Assembly (NCBI GenBank): GCA_965205485.1
Contig: OZ242180.1
Location: 1,088,001 to 1,152,000, forward strand
DNA from: Candidatus Latescibacterota bacterium
GTDB taxonomy: Bacteria > Latescibacterota > UBA2968 > GCA-2709665
Reading direction: 5' to 3'
Length of the DNA: 64,000 nucleotides
Shown here piece by piece: positions 8,969-18,423 of this stretch. The translations under genes were made by a program, and so were the position numbers. Under the pieces are notes generated by a model, which did not search any database, was not told where the DNA came from, and saw only the letters and a program-made list of their open reading frames with translations. Position 1 is the first letter of the stretch; the number at the start of each line of letters is the position of its first letter.

Positions 8969-9769
8969 ATGACCGTTAATCGCAATACTGTTCAGGTCAA
9001 GGCTTTTTGTGTCGGACAGGCGAAGTCCGGTACGGCATCTCTCGTCGGTCTGCTTTCAGCGAATTACCGCGCGGCACACGAACCAGAGCGACCGGAGTTG
9101 CTCGATATGATACTCGGAGAATCCCGAGGCGAAGTCTCAGCCCTCGCACTTCGAGAGTTTCTCGTCGAGCGCGATGCCCGGCTCAACCTGGAATACGATG
9201 TTTCGTGGGCGAACCAATTCGTCATTGGCCATTTGCTGGACGTCTTCCCCGCGTCGAAGTTCATCGTTCTCATCCGTGATTGTTATACGTGGCTTCAATC
9301 GGCCGTCGGGCACCTCGTCAGCCGCGAGATGCCCCCCGAAATCCTGGACTTCCTTCCCTGGTGGACCAAACCTGAACGATATCCCCACTCGCGTCACGAT
9401 CGCGCCCTTGCGGAGAGAGGGCTTGATTCGGTTGCGGCTTTCCTGAATACCTGGAACGAGCACGTGGACAGGTGCCATGCAATCCCGCCGGGCCGGCGGC
9501 TGGTGATAAGGACCCACGAACTGGCCCGTTCGCATCGGCGACTGGCAGACTTCCTGCAGATACCCGTGGACACGCTCGACGCGGGAAGTGGACATCAGAA
9601 CCGCAGTACCTGGCACGAACGAATCGAGTCTCTCGTCGATCCGTCCTACATCGCCGACATGGTCCAATCGATCTGCGCTGACAACATGGCACGGTATTTC
9701 CCCGAAGTCCGAAGCATTCAGGATGTACCCGGGTTGTGGGAAGCCGCGCAGCGTCAACCTGCGGCGTGA
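8969..9769 (+). CDS. Sulfotransferase-like P-loop protein
   Basis: GQAKSGTASL (5'-PSB-like) and KFIVLIRD...W.QS (3'-PB-like). Confidence 0.7.
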   Translation: MTVNRNTVQVKAFCVGQAKSGTASLVGLLSANYRAAHEPERPELLDMILGESRGEVSALALREFLVERDARLNLEYDVSWANQFVIGHLLDVFPASKFIVLIRDCYTWLQSAVGHLVSREMPPEILDFLPWWTKPERYPHSRHDRALAERGLDSVAAFLNTWNEHVDRCHAIPPGRRLVIRTHELARSHRRLADFLQIPVDTLDAGSGHQNRSTWHERIESLVDPSYIADMVQSICADNMARYFPEVRSIQDVPGLWEAAQRQPAA

Positions 9770-9824
9770 TTGAAGTTTGGAAACGGCCGGACGTCATTCA
9801 AGAAGGTGGAAATCGAGAAATCTA

Positions 9825-10607
9825 ATGGTCCGAACTGCGGTTCAAGCGATTCTATTCGACCTTGACGAAACCCTCATTCTCGAAAAACCGATTGCGATCA
9901 AGGCGCTCGAACAAACCGGACAACGCGCGAACGCTGCCGCCGGCGTCCATCCGCCTGAACTCCGGGACAGGGTCCTGGAGCAGGCCGGCGAACTCTGGCG
10001 TTCAACGCCGGTAATCGACTACTGCCGCCGGGTCGGGATCAGTTCCTGGGAGGGCCTGTGGGCCGGGTTCGCCGGGGAGGATGAAAATCTCGTCTGGCTG
10101 CGGGAATGGTCTCCAACGTACCGGTTCGAGTCGTGGTCACGGGCTCTGAAGGATCTGGGTGTCGACAACGAACGGCTGGCCCGGATCCTTGCTGACGAAT
10201 TCGTCGAGACCCGGACGGGACTGTTCGAGTGTTTTCCGGAGACAGCCGAGATAATGGATGAACTCGTAGGAGCGGTTCGATTGGTTCTGGCCACAAACGG
10301 CGCATCCGATCTGCAGCGACTGAAACTCGAAACCAGCGGTCTGACGGATTATTTCGACGACGTGCTTGTCTCGGCTGACATCGGATTCGCCAAACCCCAT
10401 CCATTTTTCTTTGAGAACGCGATTCGACTTGCGGACGCCAAACCGGAGCAGATTCTGATGGTAGGAGACAATATCCGGAGAGACATCGTTGGAGCGCAAG
10501 AGGCCGGAATCAGGGGAATCTGGTTGAATCGAAAAGACAGAGAACCCGGCGACATCCAGCCATTTGCGGAGATCGGGAACCTGCTGGAGCTGCGTAAGTT
10601 TCTCTAA
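9825..10607 (+). CDS. HAD-family hydrolase
   Basis: FDLDETL, TNG, AKPHP, MVGDN..RDI. Confidence 0.9.
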   Translation: MVRTAVQAILFDLDETLILEKPIAIKALEQTGQRANAAAGVHPPELRDRVLEQAGELWRSTPVIDYCRRVGISSWEGLWAGFAGEDENLVWLREWSPTYRFESWSRALKDLGVDNERLARILADEFVETRTGLFECFPETAEIMDELVGAVRLVLATNGASDLQRLKLETSGLTDYFDDVLVSADIGFAKPHPFFFENAIRLADAKPEQILMVGDNIRRDIVGAQEAGIRGIWLNRKDREPGDIQPFAEIGNLLELRKFL

Positions 10608-10727
10608 TCGGCGGCCTCGTTGTGACGTCGACCACCGGATGCGCGCGTTCTTGGCGTGCGCCCGTTGCCAGATCGTATTCGCGGTTCTTCGCTTGCTGAC
10701 AGGAACCTTTTTTGAATTGAAGCCTGA

Positions 10728-11537
10728 ATGAGCGAATACATCAGGAACTATTACGACGCGGCGCCTGAACGCGAGTGGGAGCGGCTGGAAACCGGGCTTT
10801 CGCGAATCGAATTCGCAGCCACCCTGCGCCTGATTGAAAAATACTTTCCCGAGAACGGGGACGTTTGCGACATCGGGTGCGGACCGGGTCGATACGCCAT
10901 CGAACTCGCCAGACGCGGGTACCGGGTGACGCTGTTCGACCTTTCCGGCAAACTGCTGGTGAGAGCAAAGCAAGCGTTTACATCGGAAGGAATCAGCGCG
11001 GAACGCTTCATTAAAGGTGACGCACGCGACCTTGCCTGCTTTGACGACGAATCGTTCGATGCCGTACTGCTTCTCGGTCCTCTGTACCACCTGATCAAGA
11101 TGGATGATCGATCAAAGGCCTTGCGTGAGATGGTCCGCATTCTGAAACCGGGCGGCAGGGCAATAGTAGCCTTTCTCAATTCGTGGGGGCTGCTCAGAAG
11201 TGGTGTCGTCGATTTCCCGAAGCGTTTCCGAAATCCCGCTTTTCTGCGGAGCATGCTCGGCGAACAGGCATTTGAAGACCATGAACTCTCCGGATTCACC
11301 GAATGTCACTGGTCCAACCCCGATATCGCCAGCGAGGAACTTCAGGATGCGGGGCTGCGAATCATCAGCTATGCGGGTGCGCAGGGATTCCTGGGAGGCA
11401 TGGCGCAGCTGTTCGAGTCACTCAGGAAGGATGAACCGGAAGCATACGAAAACGTCCTGGAGTTCGCGGCTGAAACGTCGGAGTTGCCCCAGTTCAGAGA
11501 TGCAACCGACCATGTACACTTTGTGGTTGAAAAATAA
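10728..11537 (+). CDS. Class I SAM-dependent methyltransferase (copy A)
   Basis: DIGCGPGRY, GDARDL, FDAVLLLGPLYHL, LKPGG. Confidence 0.92.
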   Translation: MSEYIRNYYDAAPEREWERLETGLSRIEFAATLRLIEKYFPENGDVCDIGCGPGRYAIELARRGYRVTLFDLSGKLLVRAKQAFTSEGISAERFIKGDARDLACFDDESFDAVLLLGPLYHLIKMDDRSKALREMVRILKPGGRAIVAFLNSWGLLRSGVVDFPKRFRNPAFLRSMLGEQAFEDHELSGFTECHWSNPDIASEELQDAGLRIISYAGAQGFLGGMAQLFESLRKDEPEAYENVLEFAAETSELPQFRDATDHVHFVVEK

Positions 11538-11644
11538 CGCGCGTCGATGATCTCGAGGCTTCGGCTCACGGATCTCGGCCTCAATGGCAAGATACGGGAT
11601 TGAGAATTGCCAGTCGTTTGAGAATAGACGGACCTGGACGGAAT

Positions 11645-12379
11645 ATGAAGATCGCTGTATTGACAGACGTGCACGGCAATCTGCCTGCGCTTCAGGCTGC
11701 CCTGAGGACTATTCGACGTGAGGGCGTCGATGCGGTATATCATACCGGCGATGCAATAGGCATTGGACCATTTCCCGCAGAATGCCTCGAACTGATGTTG
11801 AGCACGCCCGGCATGAAACTCATCCGCGGGAATCATGACTCCTGGTTTGCGAACGGACTACCAAAACCGACGCCGCCGTGGATGAGCGACGGTGATTTGG
11901 AACACCAGAAGTGGGTACATTCCAGCCTTGAACCAGAATTTCGCAATTCAATAAGACAATGGCCCTACCTGATTGAAGGCGTATTCGAAGGTGTTCGAAT
12001 ATCGTTCCTTCATTACGCACTCACAGCGTCCCGGGATGATTTCGCGTCCGTCGTCCGGGAGCCACGTCCTGCCGACCTGGACAGCCTCTTTACGGACATC
12101 GAGTCCGATCTCGTATTCTATGGCCACGATCATTGGCCGTCAGACTTGAATGGGAAGGCCAGATACGTGAATCCCGGTTCTCTGGGCTGCCATTCCGAAC
12201 CGATCGCCCGTTTCGTCATTCTGGAATGTGACTCCGGGAAATACGAGTTGGAAATGCGGCGCGTTCCGTACGATGATCGCGCTCTGTTCCAGCAGTTTGA
12301 AAGCCTCGAAGTTCCCCACCGGCATTTTATCTACAAGTCATTGTTCGGTGGAAGAAATGCACCAGCCGAGGCAGGTTAA
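11645..12379 (+). CDS. Metallophosphoesterase (calcineurin-like)
   Basis: DVHGN, GD, RGNHD, GHDH, NPGSLG. Confidence 0.9.
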   Translation: MKIAVLTDVHGNLPALQAALRTIRREGVDAVYHTGDAIGIGPFPAECLELMLSTPGMKLIRGNHDSWFANGLPKPTPPWMSDGDLEHQKWVHSSLEPEFRNSIRQWPYLIEGVFEGVRISFLHYALTASRDDFASVVREPRPADLDSLFTDIESDLVFYGHDHWPSDLNGKARYVNPGSLGCHSEPIARFVILECDSGKYELEMRRVPYDDRALFQQFESLEVPHRHFIYKSLFGGRNAPAEAG

Positions 12380-12459
12380 GATTGCCTCTGAAGGCCACTT
12401 CGCCAGATCGCTTTCGTGATTTGGTGTCAGTGAAGCCGTATTCTGAAATCATTGAATGA

Positions 12460-13269
12460 ATGAGCAAGCACGTCAGGAACTTCTACGATTCAGTGCCCGA
12501 ACGCGAGTGGGGCCGATTGGAGGCGGGGCTCCAGCGAGTCGAATACGCTTCCACCCTGCGCCTGATTGAGAAATACTTTCCCTCGAACGGCGCGATATGT
12601 GACATCGGGTGCGGGCCGGGCCGCTACGCTATCGAGCTCGCCAGGCGCGGGTACCGGGTGGCTCTGTTCGACCTCTCGGAGAAGCTGCTGGAGAGAGCAA
12701 AGAAGGCGTTTGCATCGGAAGGAATCACCGCCGAACGGTTCATTCGAGGAGATGCACGAGATCTGGACGCGTTTGAAGAAGAATCGTTCGACGCTGTCCT
12801 GCTTCTCGGCCCCCTTTATCACCTGATCGCGAGGGACGATCGATCACTTGCCTTGGGTGAGTTGGTCCGCATACTGAAGCCGGGAGGCAGGGCGATTGTC
12901 GCGTTTCTCAATTCCTGGGGTATGCTCCGAAGCGGTATAGCCGGGTTCCCGAAGCGTTTCATCGATCCCGCCTTTCTTCAAAGCATGCTCGGCGAAAGGA
13001 CCTTCGAAGATCAGGAGCGTCCCAACTTCACCGAATGTCACTGGTTCAACCCGGAAATCGCTCGCGAAGAACTTCTGGATGCAGGGCTGCGAATTGTAAG
13101 CTATGCCGGCGCAGAGGGCTTTTTGGAAGGCATGGCGCCGCTTCTCGAGGCGCTGAGGACGAACGAACCAAAGGCATACGAAAACGTCCTGGAATTCGCG
13201 GCTGAAACTTCGGAATTGCCGCAGTTCAGAGATGCGACGAACCACGTTCACTTCGTCGTGGAGAAGTAG
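12460..13269 (+). CDS. Class I SAM-dependent methyltransferase (copy B)
   Basis: Same motifs and same length as copy A; about 78% identical by manual count. Confidence 0.92.
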   Translation: MSKHVRNFYDSVPEREWGRLEAGLQRVEYASTLRLIEKYFPSNGAICDIGCGPGRYAIELARRGYRVALFDLSEKLLERAKKAFASEGITAERFIRGDARDLDAFEEESFDAVLLLGPLYHLIARDDRSLALGELVRILKPGGRAIVAFLNSWGMLRSGIAGFPKRFIDPAFLQSMLGERTFEDQERPNFTECHWFNPEIAREELLDAGLRIVSYAGAEGFLEGMAPLLEALRTNEPKAYENVLEFAAETSELPQFRDATNHVHFVVEK

Positions 13270-13305
13270 GGCGCGCAGCAGACTAAGGAAGTTATGGGAG
13301 GCAAG

Positions 13306-13584
13306 ATGAAAAAACATTCCGGTAGCAACTTTGACAACTTCCTCGCCGAAGAGGGCCTTCTCGGTGAAGCGGAAGCCACAGCAACGAAACGGGTAATTGC
13401 GTATCAGTTGAATCAGTTCATGGAGGAGAACAAACTGTCCAAGTCGGCGATGGCGCGGCGCATGCAAACCAGTCGTTCGGCGCTGGACCGTCTGCTCGAC
13501 TCCTCCAATTCCTCCGTAACGTTGCGTACCATGGACCGCGCTGCGCGGGCCCTGGGAAAGCAGCTCCGCATCATCCTCACCTGA
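13306..13584 (+). CDS. XRE-family HTH antitoxin-like regulator
   Basis: HSGSNFDNFLAEEG...KRVIAYQL...MARRMQTSRSALDRLLD...VTL.T; GGAGG SD. Confidence 0.85.
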   Translation: MKKHSGSNFDNFLAEEGLLGEAEATATKRVIAYQLNQFMEENKLSKSAMARRMQTSRSALDRLLDSSNSSVTLRTMDRAARALGKQLRIILT

Positions 13585-13699
13585 TTTCCCGGCGCCGGAT
13601 AGTAGCTATTGATAGAACGCCCGCGGGACCTGGATTATCACGAAGCTGCCGGAACAGCGTTCGTTCGGACTCCCTGATGGAGATACCCAATGAGTCGGC

Positions 13700-13728
13700 T
13701 TGCCTTGAGGCCCGGTTATGATTATTAT
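13700..13728 (+). promoter_or_regulatory. Putative sigma70 promoter of the ankyrin gene
   Basis: TTGCCT-17 nt-TATTAT. Confidence 0.55.
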
Positions 13729-13734
13729 AACCGT

Positions 13735-13862
13735 CGAGCTCAACAGGGAGCCTCCGGTCCGCGGAAAGGGCTAAGCCCACCCACCTCGCCAGATCCTGAA
13801 ATTCCGATAGCACCTTCTTTCTGCCCGATAATGCGGACGCCGGGCGACTCTGCGAGAGGAGG
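13735..13862 (+). ncRNA. Candidate structured cis-regulatory leader RNA
   Basis: CCGGTCCGC (13754-13762) pairs with GCGGAC[GC]CGG (13833-13843); inner GGGC-TAA-GCCC; ends next to SD AGAGGAGG. Confidence 0.45.
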
Positions 13863-13867
13863 CTGCT

Positions 13868-15097
13868 ATGCCCCGCCGTCGAAGTCTTCCCGTTAGACCC
13901 AACATCGAGAACCTCAGGAAGCAGGCTAAATCGCTTCTGGACGCCTTTCGGACGGGCGATCCTGAGGCGATTTCCGCATTTGAGGGTCTGCATCCACGAG
14001 ACGTTTCCGCCGAAAGCGCCAGGCTGGCCGACGCCCAACTCGTACTCGCGCGATCGTATCGATACCCAAGCTGGCCCAGAATGCAGATTGCGGCCAGACT
14101 GTGCGCAGCTGTGTCTCGCGACGACCTGAAGTCCGTACGTGATCTGGTCGTGAAGCACCCCGAACTCCTGACTGAAGGGGCTCGGGGGCGGGGTTCACAC
14201 TGGGGCGCTGCGATGGGCTTTGCTGCTGAATTGGGCAAGACCGAGATTGTAGAGATGCTGGCCGACCTGGGTAGTCCGGAGATCCAACACGCTTTCGGGC
14301 GAGCCATCCTGCAGGGAAATGCCGATACGGTTCGCGCGCTGGTAAAGAAAGGCGCAAAGGTAGAGCGCGGAGTCGCGATGGGAGCCTGTGAAACCCTGAA
14401 TAGCAGGGGACTGCAGATGGTTCTTGATCTCGGCGGCGAACTTTGCGACGCGGACGGGGATTTTTTCGCGCCGGCTGCGATGGTTCTTGAGACCTACAGC
14501 CGCAGCCCGGCCGGAAAACATGAGTGTCTGAGAATTCTGGCCGAAAGTGGCGTGGAATTTCCAGACACCCCCGCTATGGCCTTCCATTTTGGGCGGATCG
14601 ATTTGCTGGAGCGTCATATGGACAGGGATCCCGAACTCATTTCCCGCAGATTCCGGTATGACGATATCTATCCCTCCGGCTTCCGTGTGGGCGACGACAC
14701 CGGTCTCCACGGTACACCGCTGGATGGGACAACGCTCCTGCACATGGCTATCGAATTTGACGAGGATGAGATATTCGATTGGGTTATCGATAACGGCGCG
14801 GACGCGAACGCCGTTGCCGACGTCGATCTCGACGGCTTTGGGGGTCACACGCCGCTGTTCAACTGTGTCGTCAAGAAAGGCCGGAAGGAGGACAGAATGG
14901 CTGTCGTGCTCCTCGAAAGGGGAGCGGACCCGTCCCATCGAGCGTCCCTTCGAAAGGGCCTTAAGTCAACCCCCGACGAAGCTGTACGTGAGTATAAGGG
15001 CGTTACACCCATTGAATACGCCGATCGATTTCACGACCAGAGCTATGTGAATCAAGCGGCGGTAAAGGCGATTGAATCCCGGATATTCTCAGGCTGA
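13868..15097 (+). CDS. Ankyrin-repeat protein with small N-terminal helical domain
   Basis: LPVRPNIENLRKQAKSLL...LADAQLVLARSY...SWP N-terminus; GTTLLHMA, GHTPLF, GADP ankyrin motifs. Confidence 0.85.
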   Translation: MPRRRSLPVRPNIENLRKQAKSLLDAFRTGDPEAISAFEGLHPRDVSAESARLADAQLVLARSYRYPSWPRMQIAARLCAAVSRDDLKSVRDLVVKHPELLTEGARGRGSHWGAAMGFAAELGKTEIVEMLADLGSPEIQHAFGRAILQGNADTVRALVKKGAKVERGVAMGACETLNSRGLQMVLDLGGELCDADGDFFAPAAMVLETYSRSPAGKHECLRILAESGVEFPDTPAMAFHFGRIDLLERHMDRDPELISRRFRYDDIYPSGFRVGDDTGLHGTPLDGTTLLHMAIEFDEDEIFDWVIDNGADANAVADVDLDGFGGHTPLFNCVVKKGRKEDRMAVVLLERGADPSHRASLRKGLKSTPDEAVREYKGVTPIEYADRFHDQSYVNQAAVKAIESRIFSG

Positions 15098-15182
15098 TCG
15101 AGAGAGGGGGTTGCGTGCCTGACCCCGACGAAGCATTGGTGGGAAAGCGAGGACAGTTGAACCTGCCGATTCGGAAAGCCTA

Positions 15183-15857
15183 ATGAGTCACTCCGTCCGC
15201 GGCCACCTTCGTCTAGAGATTGATGCCTACGACGAAGCCATCCGCCAGTTCATCCCTGGCTACGAGGAAGGCCTGAACAGGATCGCCGGCGAAATCGCCG
15301 CGATCCGCCCTGCCCTGGCGCTGGACCTCGGCACCGGAACGGGCGCCCTCGCCGAAGCGATGCTCGAGCACGAGAGCGTCGGCGCCGTGGAAGCCGTTGA
15401 CGTCGATCCGGAGATGCTGGACCGGGCCCGCACCCGGCTGAAGCGTTTCGGTGCCCGGGTGCGTTTCCGCGAATGTTCATTCGAGGCGCCGCTCCCCGCG
15501 TGCGACGCCGTGGCCGCCTGCCTGGCCCTCCACCATATTCCGGCGATGCAACGCAAGCGTACCCTGTACAAGCATATTTTCCGTGCACTCCGCCCCGGAG
15601 GGGTGTTCGTGACCGCCGACGTGACGATGACCGCAGACCCGGAGGAAAGGGAGCGGTGCTACCGAATCTGGACGGCCCACCTCGTTTCGCGCGGCATCGA
15701 CGAACAGCGCGCCCGCGAGCACTTCGACGAGTGGTCCTCCGAAGACACGTACTTTCCGGTCGAAGAGGAGCTCGCCGCGATGCGTGAGGCCGGGTTCGTT
15801 GCCGAATGCACGTGGCAGGACCCTCCCAACACGCTCCTCGTGGGACGGCGACAATAA
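15183..15857 (+). CDS. Class I SAM-dependent methyltransferase
   Basis: LDLGTGTG, LALHH, LRPGG. Confidence 0.9.
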   Translation: MSHSVRGHLRLEIDAYDEAIRQFIPGYEEGLNRIAGEIAAIRPALALDLGTGTGALAEAMLEHESVGAVEAVDVDPEMLDRARTRLKRFGARVRFRECSFEAPLPACDAVAACLALHHIPAMQRKRTLYKHIFRALRPGGVFVTADVTMTADPEERERCYRIWTAHLVSRGIDEQRAREHFDEWSSEDTYFPVEEELAAMREAGFVAECTWQDPPNTLLVGRRQ

Positions 15858-15900
15858 GGTTTGGAGTCGTTCTCGAATCCAAACTTGGAATAGAGCGCTG

Positions 15901-16938
15901 ATGAGTGAGCAGCTACACCATTACCTGCACGCCGCCGATCGAGCCCTGGAATACTACGATATCGGGGAAGTCCGCATCGCCGAGCGCAGGCAAGTGGGCC
16001 ATATCGGCTTTTCCGGCTACCGCATGGTCAAGTTTCGCGCGGACGGCGCATCCGGGCCTTACCTCGTCACCGTGTATTATGCCAGGGGAGACGGAGACAT
16101 CCATGATTATCGAACGGCCATCCGGTCCCACCTTCTCTGGCTCGATGCCCTGGACCGCGACACCGATCTGGTCATACAGAAACCCGTCCGCAGTCTGTCA
16201 GGCGACTTCATCACCGACGTGCAGCCCGATGGCGATCGGTCTTTTCTCGTCACCCTTCTCCGCTGGGTCGACGGCGAGTTGGTCTGGGACAACTACGGGG
16301 ACGAGGTGTTCGTCGACCTGCCATCGGAAATACTTTACAACGTCGGAACGGTCCTCGGCAAAATCCACCGGCACGGCAGTCAGTGGACCCTTCCCGAAGG
16401 CTTCTTTCGTCCCGGGAGCGAACATGAAGACCTGCAACTCGACCTGAACCGCTTGCATCCGGCCGCAGAGGACGGACGGATCGCCATCGATGATTTCGCG
16501 GTTCTGGAACGGACTGTGCGCCAGATTATCGAGCACCTCGCGAAAATGAACAGATCACCGAAATCCCGGGGACTCCTTCACGGAGATTTCTCATGCGGAA
16601 ATTGCATCGTGCATCTGGGCGGGATCCGTCCGATTGATTTCGACTGGTGTCGGTTCGGGCATTTACTGGCAGACGTTGGATGGTGCTTCGCCGTAAATCC
16701 GATGAGTCCGGCGCTGTGCCAGGCTTTTCTCGACGGGTACGAAGAACAAATCCTGTTGCCCGATAACCATTTGCGAGTCATCGAAAGTTTCTTTATCGAG
16801 TCCTGCATTCGACTCCTGTCCTGGCGTACTGAGAATCCTGGCGAGGATTTCCCGACGCTGCCCCGTTTCGTGAAAGGCGCCTGCCGGAAATATCTCGAAG
16901 GCGAACCGTTCGTCCTCGAGTGGATGGAGGACCTGTGA
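15901..16938 (+). CDS. APH/homoserine kinase II-like phosphotransferase
   Basis: LLHGDF...N and IDFD motifs. Confidence 0.85.
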   Translation: MSEQLHHYLHAADRALEYYDIGEVRIAERRQVGHIGFSGYRMVKFRADGASGPYLVTVYYARGDGDIHDYRTAIRSHLLWLDALDRDTDLVIQKPVRSLSGDFITDVQPDGDRSFLVTLLRWVDGELVWDNYGDEVFVDLPSEILYNVGTVLGKIHRHGSQWTLPEGFFRPGSEHEDLQLDLNRLHPAAEDGRIAIDDFAVLERTVRQIIEHLAKMNRSPKSRGLLHGDFSCGNCIVHLGGIRPIDFDWCRFGHLLADVGWCFAVNPMSPALCQAFLDGYEEQILLPDNHLRVIESFFIESCIRLLSWRTENPGEDFPTLPRFVKGACRKYLEGEPFVLEWMEDL

Positions 16939-16990
16939 ATAGGGAATCGCGACCGGACCCAGTTCGCACGACCTCCGTTGGCATAGAAAT

Positions 16991-17015
16991 GTAGGGGCAG
17001 GTTTAAAACCTGCCC
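16991..17015 (+). repeat. GTAG-type REP
   Basis: GTAG followed by palindrome GGGCAGGTTT-A-AAACCTGCCC. Confidence 0.7.
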
Positions 17016-17082
17016 TTTCGGTCGGAACGTAGGGAGGTGTCCCATTTCGGCAACGAACCGTTATTCGTACGGAGAAAAATCG

Positions 17083-18423
17083 ATGACGGCATCAGCAGTA
17101 TTCTCTTTCATCCTCATTCTTCAATCCGCGATGACACCCGCATTTGCGAGTGACCGGCTCGATTCGGAGGATGATTACGGCCGCGCGCGGATAGGCGGCA
17201 TGAAGGGCAGGATCACGTGGGAGTCAATGCTTCAGGGCGAGGGTCTTGAGGGCTGGAAGCCAGGCAACCAAGCGGTATGGTCCCGGGAGGGAGACACCAT
17301 CATTGCGAAAGCGGGCGGAAAGGATGGCGCAACCAGACTCGTGCAGGGAGACAGTACATGGTCACACTATGAGTTCAAGGTCCAGGTTACGCGGGTAAAG
17401 GGCGCAAACGTGCAGATCCGCTTCGGCATAACCGACGAGAGCCGGGAGTATATGGTCGACTACCTCGGTGGCTGGAAGGCGCTGGCGATCAGCACCTACG
17501 AGCGCGGTAAACGCGGCGTCACCAAACTCGACGTTGTCAACCTGGTCCTTGAGCGAGGACGTGAATACGATCTCGTTCTGGCAGTCCGGGGACATTCCGT
17601 TACCACCTACGTAAACGGAAGGCTCGTCAACCGGTTGACGCTCGAAGCGAATCCGAAAGGTGCGGTTGCGCTGGGCACCTGGGGACGTCACGCGGTTGCT
17701 CGATTCAGGGACCCGAAGATCAGACACTATAACGGACGCTCACGAACCGTAATCTTGAATCCGAATCAATCCAGGGAGCGCTCTATGCAAGTTACGAAAC
17801 CTGCCCGACGCCACCCTTCATTTGTGGAAATAACCCGCGATCCGAACCTGCCGGACGTGCTCCTGATCGGGGACTCGATTTCGATGGGATATACGATTCC
17901 GACTCGAGAACGGCTCAGAGGTAAGGCGAACGTCCACCGTCCATCTCGGAACTGCGGTCCGACGAGCCGCGGGCTCGCGGAGCTGGAAGTATGGCTGGGC
18001 ACTCGGAGGTGGGATGTCATCCACTTCAATTGGGGCCTGCATGACCTCAAATATGTCGATGACGAGGGTAAACTCACCGACTCAGGAAAGGGCAGACATT
18101 TCACGTCTGTCGATCAATATAAGGAGAATCTGGCGAAGCTGGTGTCGAGGCTGAAGACGACGGGAGCCAAGCTGATCTGGGCGACGACGACACCCGTGCC
18201 GACGGGGGCCAACGGTCGGAAGAAGGGAGACGCGGCGAAATACAACGCCGTCGCGAAGGAGATCATCAATCAGCCTGGCATTACGATTAACGATCTCTAT
18301 GCCTTCGCCCTGCCGCGACTGAAGGAAATCCAGCTACCGCAAAACGTACACTTCACAAAAGAGGGCTCCGGGCGTCTGGCAGATCAGGTAGCCATAGCAA
18401 TCCTGGAGCGCCTGAGCGAGTGA
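17083..18423 (+). CDS. DUF1080-like (3-keto-glycoside hydrolase-like) domain fused to SGNH/GDSL hydrolase; possibly two genes
   Basis: Hydrophobic leader; L.GW...W..EG.TI...YVNG...G.V.L...F.D.KIR; then IGDSI, FNWGLHD, NVHF; internal SD and ATG at 17785. Confidence 0.75.
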   Translation: MTASAVFSFILILQSAMTPAFASDRLDSEDDYGRARIGGMKGRITWESMLQGEGLEGWKPGNQAVWSREGDTIIAKAGGKDGATRLVQGDSTWSHYEFKVQVTRVKGANVQIRFGITDESREYMVDYLGGWKALAISTYERGKRGVTKLDVVNLVLERGREYDLVLAVRGHSVTTYVNGRLVNRLTLEANPKGAVALGTWGRHAVARFRDPKIRHYNGRSRTVILNPNQSRERSMQVTKPARRHPSFVEITRDPNLPDVLLIGDSISMGYTIPTRERLRGKANVHRPSRNCGPTSRGLAELEVWLGTRRWDVIHFNWGLHDLKYVDDEGKLTDSGKGRHFTSVDQYKENLAKLVSRLKTTGAKLIWATTTPVPTGANGRKKGDAAKYNAVAKEIINQPGITINDLYAFALPRLKEIQLPQNVHFTKEGSGRLADQVAIAILERLSE

